The notes beneath the pieces were generated by a model, which was given only the letters and a program-made list of their open reading frames with translations, searched no databases and was not told the origin of the DNA. A program made the translations under genes and the position numbers. A stretch of DNA of 64,000 nucleotides, taken from the NCBI GenBank assembly GCA_964016885.1, contig OZ024765.1, forward strand, positions 5,828,001 through 5,892,000, read 5' to 3'. This DNA comes from Eledone cirrhosa (Eukaryota). Every line of letters starts with the position of its first letter. Position 1 is the stretch's first letter. This document shows, piece after piece, positions 13,491-25,800 of this stretch.

Positions 13491-13604
13491 TCATACTTTT
13501 ATACATTTTTTCACCACAGACACAAAGTTGTCTCTCATTCTCACAGGTAGCACTAGGTGGCGCTCATGTGCATCTTGTATCAATGATTTCCAATCTTCAT
13601 CACC
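13491..13604 (-). CDS. SETX: SETX last coding exon ([18 protein letters not shown]...KCIKV*)
   Basis: W..LI.DA..R motif after the helicase; TGA at 13493-13491. Confidence 0.9.
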   Translation of the reverse strand, partial: GDEDWKSLIQDAHERHLVLPVRMRDNFVSVVKKCIKV

Positions 13605-15784
13605 CTGGAAACGAGAAAGAAAAAAATTATATATATATATATATATAGGAAACTATAGAGGTATAAGAGGAAACTATAGAGGTATAAAGTTGATGGACCA
13701 GGTCATGAAAGTAACAGAAAGAGTTATAGCACAGCTGATTAGGGACCGGGTGAATATAGACGAGATGCAATTTGGGTTTGTTCCAGGGAAAGGCACCACT
13801 GATGCGCTCTTCCTTGTGAGGCAATTACAGGAAAAGTACCTAGCTAAAAGTAAGCCACTCTACTTGGCATTTGTCGACCTTGAGAAAGCCTTTGACAGAG
13901 TTCCACGTGCAGTAATCTGGTGGGCTCTTAGAAAACTAGGAGTAGATGAATGGCTTGTGAAAGCGGTACAAGCCATGTATAGGGGAGCAGTCAGCAAAGT
14001 TAGGATTGGCAATGAGTATAGCGAGGAATTTAGCGTACAGGTTGGGGTCCACCAGGGCTCTGTTCTTAGCCCTCTCCTGTTCATCATAGTCCTGCAGGCA
14101 ATAACGGAGGAGTTTAAGACCGGATGCCCATGGGAACTCCTGTATGCTGATGACCTCGCACTCATAGCTGAATCTATGGTAGAACTAGAGAATAAATTCC
14201 AAACCTGGAAGCAGGGACTAGAGAGAAAGGGCCTCAAAGTCAACATGACAAAGACTAAGGTCCTTATAAGTAGACGAGAAAACAGAACCCAGATCCCCTC
14301 AGGGAAATGGCCTTGCTCAGTATGTAGGAAAGGTGTAGGTAGGAACTCCATTCTTTGCCCCAAATGCAAACAATGGGTACACAAGAGATGTAGCGGGATC
14401 TCAGGAAGCTTAATTAAGAATGTAGGATTCACATGCAGCAGCTGTGCTGAAACAGCAAGCAAACAGCCACAGGAAACAAGTACCACCAATCTCTGGGAGG
14501 GCCCTGTAGAAACAGTAGACAGCTTCTGCTACCTAGGTGACCGAATTAGCAACGGAGGTGGGTGCTCAGAAAGTACAATAACTAGGGTAAGAACGGGATG
14601 GAAGAAGTTTAGGGAACTACTACCACTGCTAGCTGCAAAAGGCTTCTCCCTCAGAATGAAAGGCAGACTGTATGATGCGTGTATCCGAACAGCGATGTTG
14701 CATGGTAGTGAGACCTGGGCGCTGAAGGTGGAAGACCTGCGTAGATTAGAGAGAAACGAAGCCTGCATGCTCCGATGGATGTGTAACAGTAATATACGTG
14801 AACGACAAAGCATAAATGAATTGAGAGAGAGACTGAGCATAAGAGGAATCAAATGCTGCGTGCAGGAGAGGCGGTTACGCTGGTATGGACATGTGATGCG
14901 TATGAAGGATGACAGCTGCATAAAAAGGTGCAGAGCACTAGAAGTTGATGGAAACCGCGGAGTGGGGAGACCCAAGATGACTTGGGATGAGGTGATAAAA
15001 GCCGACCTTACCCAACTACACCTCTCAAAGTCAATGACACACGACCGTGACTTCTGGCGTCACGCAGTAATACAGGGTACCCGACCTCCCATGGGTACAT
15101 GCTGAAGCATATAAACAATATGCCCCCCCCCCCCCCACCGCAAGGTGGTCGTGGAGGTGCCACGGCAAAAAAGCACCCAGCCCACACTGTAAAGTGGACG
15201 TGTAGGCGCCACGAAAAAGCACCCAGCACTCACTGTAAATGAGGTTGGTGTTAGGAAGGGCATCCAGCTGTAGAAATCAAGCCAGATCAGTTCCTGTATG
15301 AGCAAGGCATGGTCAGCCGACCAGACACTGCCCACAACAGGACAACCCGTCTAACCCATGCTAGCGTGGAAGAACGGACGTAAAACGGTGATGATGATGA
15401 TGATGATGATAAATATATATATCATCATTGTTTAACATCCATTAGTATATATATATATATATGATGGTATATATTTGTGTCTGTGTATATATATATATAC
15501 ACACAAATATATATCGTCATTGTTTCAGGTCAATTTTTACATATATAATTCCTCCGAGGTTAACTTTACCTTTCATCCTTACGGGGTCAATAAAATAAAG
15601 TACCAGTAATACACTGGGGTAATTACTGGCCTTTTGTCAAAATTAGAACCAATAACTATATATATATATATATATAACGAAGGAGTTGTGGTAAGGGGTA
15701 AGGAACCAGATGGACCATAACACACCAGAGTACTCAATACTTAGGGTAGTGTTGGGGGTCATACTTTCTCCTATATATATATAC

Positions 15785-15815
<31 letters not shown>

Positions 15816-17490
15816 GAGGCACATGGCTTAGTGGTTAGAGCATTGGCCTTGCAATCGAAAGGTTGTGAGTTCAATTCTCAGACCGGGTGATGTGTTGTTT
15901 CCTTGAGCAAGACACTTTATTTCACATTGCTCCAGTTTACTCAGCTGTAGAAATGAGATGATAGGGACTGGGGTCCCTATCATTCCACTGTAAAGTGGTC
16001 GTGGAGGTGCCACGGCAAAAAAGCACCCAGCACTCACTGTAAATGAGGTTGGTGTTAGGAAGGGCATCCAGCTGTAGAAATCAACCCAGAATCAGTTCCC
16101 ATCCCACCCTTGCAAGCAGGGAAAAAGCGGACTATATAAAGATGTATATATATATATATATATAAAGAAAATTCAGTGTTAGTTATAGAGGAGAGAAGAG
16201 AAAGTGTGTCTATCTAGACATTTTAATGACAACACCAACAACAACCACTAACAACAACAACAACAGCAGCAGCAACAACCACCACCACCAATACCAGTAG
16301 TAAAGAGAGACAATTTTTTACCTCCAATGACGAGAGATGTCCAACTATGTACAGAGCAAACTTTGCTCGAGTGAGAGCAACATTCAGGCGTCTGCGATTC
16401 TTGAGAAACCTGGAAAACAGAATATATATATAAACGTGAATCAGAGAGAGGACTGCATTGGTATCGACATGTTGGGTGAAGAAGGGCCAAGAGTTCCCAG
16501 TGGAAGGGGAGTTGCAGCAGAAGACATTAATATATATAAAAGGTACCAACTTACCCAATATTACCGAAAGTGCTGCTGTTGGCCCTCACACAAGACAACA
16601 CAATGATGTCATTTTCCCGACCTTGAAATCCATCAACAGTTGTCACATCCACGTTATAGAGTTTCCTGAAGAGTTCAAAGAATTAAAACCACATTATAAA
16701 GTTTCCTGAAGAGTTCAGAGAATTAAAACCACATTATAAAGTTTCCTGATTACTTCAGAGAATTAAAACCACATTATAAAGTTTCCTGATTACTTCAGAG
16801 AATTAAAACCACCACAAACAGAAAGATCTACACCAACACCAACCTTTGAGACAGAAGGTTCTCCAGCAACATCTTCTGTTGCCTGTAGGGAGTTATAACT
16901 GCGATCTTCAACAGCATTCCCATCTTCTGTGACACATGGCTGAGACAGTCACAGAGACAGACAGTAAAGTCAGCTTCCATTGGGTTGCTAAGAGAGCTAG
17001 AGAGAGAACTAGAGAAAACATACATATATATCATCATCATCATATATCTTCCACGTTAGCATGGGTTAGACGGGATTGTCCCACTTGAGAGAAGATTGGT
17101 CAGGTGACCATGTCTTCCTCCTATAGAACTGTATCTATATATATATATATATGTATTAGAAAGTGAGGTTTTTTTTACAAAATGAAAAATAACCGAGGTG
17201 TCCTACACGAGTGAAAGTATAAAGAAAAAAAGATGAAATCGAAAATGCAACTGGAGTCTTATTTTTAAAAAAATATATATATTTATTTGGTTCCTTTACC
17301 GGTTTCGCAGTTCTTCTGCTTTTCAAAAGTAGAGTTGAGATGGAGGGTCTATGAGAAAAACCACAGACCCTCCATCTCAACTCTACTTTTGAAAAGCAGA
17401 AGAACTGTGAAACCAGTAAAGGAACCAAATAAATATATATATTTTTTTTAAAATAAGACTCCAGTTGCATTTTCGATTTCATCTTTTTTT

Positions 17491-17525
<35 letters not shown>

Positions 17526-20031
17526 AAAGTTCTATTTAAATTGTTGGGATACAACAAGCAAATATTTTTATAACTGATATAAAGCACTCAACAAATATTT
17601 GGAGTAAAAATACGATATATTAACAAATGGAAACTATATTTATAAAACCATATTTATTTCATTATACATATTTCAAGGACACCAAGTTAAATTATGGTGT
17701 GCTTTCATCACATAAAATATAATATAGATCAGTTTTATAAATAAATATTGACATACCCTTAGAGAATGCGACCATTTCTGTTGGAACCTCCCGATAATTT
17801 GTTGAGTGCTTTATATCAGTTATAAAAATATTTGCTTGTTGTATCCCAACAATTTAAATAGAACTTCTACATATATATATATATATAGATATGTATATAT
17901 ATATATGTTATATATTCAATATATCATAACACAAACACACACACATATGTATATACAATTGAAAGTGTGTATAGCTGTAGAGATACGCACCTTGAATCCA
18001 TTGATCGGACATGAAAGCCAAACTGAACATCAAACAACATATATGGCACAATAGGGACAGTGGCATAGCGTGCCACTAACTCACTGAAATAGAGAAAGGA
18101 TATATATTAATATATATGTATATATATATATAAACAATCATCATCATCATTTTACGTCCACTTCTCCCTGCTTGCAAGGGTGGGACGGGAACTGATGCTG
18201 GCTTGATTTCTACAGCTGGATGCCCTTCCTAACACCAACCTCATTTACAGTGAGTGCTGGGTGCTTTTTTGCCGTGGCACCTCCACGACCACTTTGCAGT
18301 GGAATGATAGGGACCCCAGTCCCTATCATCTCATTTCTACAGCTGAGTAAACTGGAGCAATGTGAAATAAAGTGTCTTGCTCAAGGAAACAACACATCAC
18401 CCGGTCTGAGAATTGAACTCACAACCTTTCGATTGCAAGGCCAATGCTCTAACCACTAAGCCATGTGCCTCCAATCTAAACTATAATAAAGTAAGGAGTG
18501 CAGGACTGTGTACGGTTTATATTTTTTTATTCCGTTAATAAAATAAGTTGGATTACTTTGAATAAATAATGAATGAATATTACATAAATTATCTACTAAA
18601 TTATCTACATAATTTATCTACTAAATTTTGTGTCTGTTCATTAAATATATTTTATTATTTATTTAAAGATTCACTTCTTTAAAATTTTCAAATGTCAACA
18701 CTTCCGGTTAGCGATCGCTTAAATAAACATTCATATATTTCTGTCACTAATTTTCTCCTAATGCAGTTTATATATAATATCATCTTTTTTTAATGTATCA
18801 TGGATTACTTTACTGATTACAGAAGACAGTGTAACACAGTCTCTCTTCAATTTCTGTGTATATTGTCAATTACGATGTTATTTGATGTATCATATCTACA
18901 TGTATATATATATCTGCGTATAATATCAATATACACACTACACATGCCAGCAGAAAACCACCCGAAGGATGGTTTTTCTGCCAGTAATAATAAATGGAAG
19001 ATATCTTTACAATACCATATTTATTTTATTATATGTATTTCAAGGACACAAAATTTTAGTGTGCTTTCATCAGATAAAATATATTTGGTGTTAAGATATT
19101 GACATATCTTAGCATAGACTTAATAGTATAAGTTCGATAATGGCAGTGAGAGGTCAGCTGACCGTCGTATGTGTGTGTGTGGCTTATCTGTTGGAGGTCA
19201 ACTGCCCATTGTATGTGTATATGTGAGTGTGTTAGTGTGTGACTCACCTGTGAGAGGTCAGCTGACCGGTGTGTGTGTGTGTGTGTATGTGTATATCAGT
19301 GTTTGTGTGAGTGTATGTGTATATGTGAGCGTGTGTATGTGTGTGTGTGTGTGTGTGTGCAACTCACCTGTGAGAGGTCAGCTGACCGGTGTGTGTGTGT
19401 GTATATCAGTGTTTGTGTGAGTGTATGTGTATATGTGAGCGTGTGTATGTGTGTGTGTGCAACTCACCTGTGAGAGGTCAGCTGACCGGTGTGTGTGTGT
19501 GTATGTGTATATCAGTGTTTGTGTGAGTGTATGTGTATATGTGAGCGTGTGTATGTGTGTGTGTGTGTGTGCAACTCACCTGTGAGAGGTCAGCTGACCG
19601 GTGTGTGTGTGTGTATGTGTATATCAGTGTTTGTGTGAGTGTATGTGTATATGTGAGCGTGTGTATGTGTGTGTGTGTGTGTGTGTGTGCAACTCACCTG
19701 TGAGAGGTCAGCTGACCGGTGTGTGTGTATGTGTATATCAGTGTTTGTGTGAGTGTATGTGTATATGTGAGCGTGTATGTGTGTGTGTGTGCAACTCACC
19801 TGTGAGAGGTCAGCTGACCGGTGTGTGTGTGTATGTGTATATCAGTGTTTGTGTGAGTGTATGTGTATATGTGAGCGTGTGTATGTGTGTGTGTGCAACT
19901 CACCTGTGAGAGGTCAGCTGACCGGTGTGTGTGTGTGTATGTGTATATCAGTGTTTGTGTGAGTGTATGTGTATATGTGAGCGTGTATGTGTGTGTGTGT
20001 GTGCAACTCACCTGTGAGAGGTCAGCTGACC

Positions 20032-20074
<43 letters not shown>

Positions 20075-20158
20075 CAGTGTTTGTGTGAGTGTATGTGTAT
20101 ATGTGAGCGTGTATGTGTGTGTGTGTGTGCAACTCACCTGTGAGAGGTCAGCTGACCG

Positions 20159-20190
<32 letters not shown>

Positions 20191-20606
20191 ATCAGTGTTT
20201 GTGTGAGTGTATGTGTATATGTGAGCGTGTGTATGTGTGTGTGTGTGTGTGTGCAACTCACCTGTGAGAGGTCAGCTGACCGTCGTAGATGTAACGATTG
20301 GGGAACTCGCAGATGTCCGGGTGCATACGATACTGGACATTCAACACGATGACCACATCTTTACTGTTGTATTTGAAGTATTTACAGAGACGCTCAAATA
20401 GGGACTGGCCGTAGTTGTACTCTGTTGCTAGCTGGAGAGAGAGAGGGTGAGAGGGTGATGGAGAGAGGGAGATGGAGAGAGAGAGAGATAGTGATAGTGA
20501 AAGTGAGAGGGTGATGGAGAGAGATAGTGATAGTGAGATGGTGATGGAGAGAGAGAGAGAGTGATAGTGAGAGTGTGATGGGGAGGGATAGTGATAGTGA
20601 GATGGT

Positions 20607-20641
<35 letters not shown>

Positions 20642-20698
20642 TGATAGTGAGAGGGTGATGGGGAGGGAGGGAGGGTGATAGTGAGAGGGAGAGAGGGT

Positions 20699-20737
<39 letters not shown>

Positions 20738-20932
20738 TGATAGATAGGTTGAGAGAGAGAGAAATAGTGATGGACAAAGAGATAGTGATAGATAGAGAAG
20801 GGGGATAGTGTGATAGAGATAGAGTGAGGGATTGTGATAATGAGGGTGATAGACAGATAGAGAGAGAGAGAGAGAGTGTGATATATATATATAGAAAGAT
20901 AGTGGTAGATAGAGAGGGGGGGGGAGATAGTC

Positions 20933-20966
<34 letters not shown>

Positions 20967-21025
20967 TGTGATATATATATATATAGAAAGATAGTGGTAG
21001 ATAGAGAGGGGGGGGGGAGATAGTC

Positions 21026-21057
<32 letters not shown>

Positions 21058-21116
21058 TGTGATATATATATATATAGAAAGATAGTGGTAGATAGAGAGG
21101 GGGGGGGGAGATAGTC

Positions 21117-21154
<38 letters not shown>

Positions 21155-21213
21155 TGTGATATATATATATATAGAAAGATAGTGGTAGATAGAGAGGGGG
21201 GGGGGAGATAGTC

Positions 21214-21262
<49 letters not shown>

Positions 21263-21810
21263 ACCAGGGACGGGAGAGAGGGGGTGTCAGTGAGAGACAA
21301 AGGACAAAGAGGATGTGATTAGGAGGCTATAATGCAGGTACTGTGGTACTGACCTGTGATATAACAGTGGGTGACAACTGCTCTGTGTCCCCAATAAGGA
21401 CCATCTTACAACAGTTGTACAGCAGAGGAATGAGGTTGTCTAACTCACAACACTGCGACGCCTGAAATAGAGAGAGATATATATGTGTATATATATATGT
21501 ATATATATATATAATAGTGTATAGTACTGTGTGTATATATATGTGTATATATATATATATATAATAGTGTATAGTACTGTGTGTATATATATATGTATAT
21601 ATATATATAATAGTGTATAGTACTGTGTGTATATATATGTGTATATATATATATATATAATAGTGTATAGTACTGTGTGTATATATATATGTATATATAT
21701 ATATAATAGTGTATAGTACTGTGTGTATATATATGTGTATATATATATATATATAATAGTGTATAGTACTGTGTATATATATATATGTGTGTATATAATA
21801 GTGTAGAGTA

Positions 21811-21841
<31 letters not shown>

Positions 21842-22244
21842 ATAGTGTATAGTACTGTGTGTATATATATATGTATATATATATATATATATAATAGTGT
21901 ATAGTACTGTGTGTATATATATGTATATATATATATAATAGTGTATTGTACTGTGTGTATATATATATGTATATATATATATATATAATAGTGTAGATTA
22001 CTGTGTGTATATATATATATATGTGTGTGTATATAATAGTGTATAGTACTGTGTATATATATATATATATATGTGTGTATATAATAGTGTATAGTACTGT
22101 GTATATATATATATATATATATGTGTGTATATAATAGTGTATAGTACTGTGTATATATATATATATGTGTGTGTATATAATAGTGTATAGTACTGTGTAT
22201 ATATATATATATATATATATGTGTGTATATAATAGTGTATAGTA

Positions 22245-22284
<40 letters not shown>

Positions 22285-22369
22285 ATATAATAGTGTATAG
22301 TACTGTGTATATATATATATATATATGTGTGTGTGTATATAATAGTGTATAGTACTGTGTGTGTATATA

Positions 22370-22416
<47 letters not shown>

Positions 22417-22525
22417 GTGTATAGTACTGTGTATATATATATATGTATATATATATGTGTGTATATAATAGTGTAGAGTACTGTGTATATATATATATAT
22501 GTATGTATATAATAGTGTATAGTAC

Positions 22526-22572
<47 letters not shown>

Positions 22573-22792
22573 GTGTATAGTACTGTGTATATATATATAT
22601 ATATATGTGTGTGTATATAATAGTGTATAGTACTGTGTGTATATATATATGTATATATATATATATAATAGTGTAGAGTACTGTGTATATAATAGTGTAT
22701 AGTACTGTGTATATATATATATATGTGTGTGTATATAATAGTGTATAGTACTGTGTATATATATATGTGTGTGTATATAATAGTGTATAGTA

Positions 22793-22834
<42 letters not shown>

Positions 22835-25800
22835 ATATAATAGTGTATAGTACTGTGTATATATATATATATATATAATGGTGTATAGTACTGTGTGTAT
22901 ATATATATATATAATGGTGTATAGTACTGTGTGTATATGTGTATATATGAGACATATGTATGTTTTTAATGATGTATAGTACTGTGTGTATTATGTATGT
23001 ATAATAAGTATAATGTGTATAGTACCGTATGCAAATGTGTGTATAATATGTATATATAATGTGTATAGTACTGTGTGTATATATATGTATATATAATGTG
23101 TATAGTACTGTGTATATATAATGTGTATAGTACTGTGTATATATGTATATATATTGTGTATAGTAGTGTGTATATATGTATATATAATGTATATAGTACT
23201 GTATGTATATATGTATATATAATGTGTATAGTACTGAGTGTATATATGTATATATAATGTGTATAGTACTGTATGTATATATGTATATATAATGTGTATA
23301 GTACTGAGTGTATATATGTATATATAATATTTCATACAACTGAAGTATTGTGTGTATATAATGTGTATGGTACTGTGTATATATGTATATATATTGTGTA
23401 TATATGTATATATATTGTGTATAGTGCTGTGTATATATATGTATATATATTGTGTATAGTAGTGTATATATGTATATATTGTGTATAGTACTGTGTATAT
23501 ATATTGTGTATAGTACTGTGTATATATATTGTGTATAGTGCTGTGTATATATATTGTGTATAGTAGTGTATATATGTATATATTGTGTATAGTACTGTGT
23601 ATATATATTGTGTATAGTACTGTGTATATATGTATAGTACTGTGTATATATGTATATATTGTGTATAGTACTGTGTATATATATTGTGTATAGTGCTGTG
23701 TATATATATTGTGTATAGTAGTGTATATATGTATATATTGTGTATAGTACTGTGTATATATATTGTGTATAGTACTGTGTATATATGTATAGTACTGCGT
23801 ATATATGTATATATTGTGTATAGTACTGTGTATATATATTGTGTATAGTACTGTGTATATATGTATAGTACTGCGTATATATGTATATATAATGTATATA
23901 ATATGTATAGTACTGTGTATATATAATCTTTTATACAACTGAAGTACTGTGTGTGTCTTTCTCAGTACGAGTGTGTCTGTGTATGTATGTGCGTAAAAAT
24001 CAATATCCAATAATAGATCACCTTACCTCATCAATAATTATACAACTGAAGTATTGATCAGCAAGTTCAGTAATAAAGCAGTGGCCCCCACATGTACTCA
24101 AAGTGCCACAAATTACGTCTGCGTTACTAAACAAATCTCTGCGGGCTGAAGCTTTCTCCGCGGTTGACGGTTCAACATTTCTCGTGGCCTCAAACACAGA
24201 AAATATATTATCATCATCATCTTCATTGTTATCATTTAATCGCCATTATATATGCATACATACATACATTTCATTTCATTTTACGTCCGCTTTTTCCCTG
24301 CTTGCAAGGGTGGGACGGGAACTGATTCATCATCATCACCGTTTTACGTCCGTTCTTCCACGCTATCATGGGTTAGACGGGTTGTCCTGTTGTGTGCAGT
24401 GCCTGGTCGGCTGACCATGCCTTGCTCATACAGGAACTGATCTGGCTTGATTTCTACAGCTGGATGCCCTTCCTAACACCAACCGCATTTACAGTGAGTG
24501 CTGGGTGCTTTTTTGCCGTGGCACCTCCACGACCACTTTACAGTGGAATGATAGGGACCCCAGCCCCTATCATCTCATTTCTACAGCTGAGTAAACTGGA
24601 GCAATGTGAAATAAAGTGTCTTGCTCAAGGAAACAACACATCACCCGGTCTGAGAATTGAACTCACAACCTTTCGATTGCAAGGCCAATGTTCTAACCAC
24701 TAAGCCATATATATATATATATAGTTATGTAATAAACAACATGAGATAATTATTCCATTTACCAAAGGTTTCATGAACAGACATCTGACTTCAATCGTCA
24801 GAATCAAATTTTATTTAAAATGGAAGTGAGATATGGATTTCAAAACAAAGTCTAGGACAATTGAAAGCTCTGTAGCCTACATAGAGCACTCTCTTTTCCT
24901 TTACCTTTCCTATGGAAATACATCATATATATATATATATGTAAATGCTAAAGGGTTAAAGGGCTGAGATTTTAAGGGAGCATGTAGAAATTGAGTGTTT
25001 GAGTTGAAGGGGTTAGGAATGAAGGGAGTGTGGAAGGTAGTAACTAGAAGGGCTTTCGTACTCACAATCTGGTTTTTTTCTAACTGCCTCTTCAATAACT
25101 CCAGTTTGTCTTTCACATACCTTTGGTCCTTCTTCAACTTACGAATCTGAAAACAAATGACATAAACGCTGTCAGTATGAAGGATACTTTGATGATGATG
25201 ATGATGATGATTACATATTATATGGGCGAGCAAAATTGATGGAAGTTACGGAGGAGGTAGACCCAGACAAAGCTGGGATGACATGATAAATTCTGACCTT
25301 GCATCTCTCTAAGACAATGTCATTGGATCGAGATCTTTGGCGCTACACAGTAATACAAAAGACCCACGTTCCCTACATGCGAAGTTAACCTACAGTCAGT
25401 AGGCCCCCTCCTAACCAAATAAATATACACCCCAACCCACTACCCCACTCCCACCAACACCACCCTTTCTCTGTAAGGTTATGTTGGTACCACAACATAA
25501 GTCCAAAATAAATGAGGTCGTGTAGGTGTCACGACAAAAAAAGAATACACAGTCCACGCTGTAATGTGGCCGTGTAGGTAACATGGTAAAAAGTTCCCAG
25601 TCCACACTGTAAATGTGGTTGGTGTTAGGAAGGGCATCCAGCCGTAGAAAACCTGCCAGATAGTTGTATGAGCGAGACACGGTCACCCGACCAATCTTGC
25701 CTCAAGTGGGACAACTCCCGTCTAACCCATGCTAGCGTGGAAGATAGACGATAATGATGACGATACACACAGATATAGGACAGGATGGGAGAAGTTTACA

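Noticed and set aside
13528-13647. N-terminal extension of the 525-aa RT ORF overlapping the SETX last exon
   Set aside because: A chance open frame through the antisense exon and (AT)n; LINE homology starts at ~13648.
15815-15890. tRNA-like sequence with GCA anticodon (several copies)
   Set aside because: It is the head of SINE family A; there is no proper acceptor stem and it is followed by the SINE body.
23334-23950. Copies of exon-derived TACAACTGAAGTA within the intronic satellite
   Set aside because: Only ~16 bp and lacking splice sites; likely by-products of local duplication.
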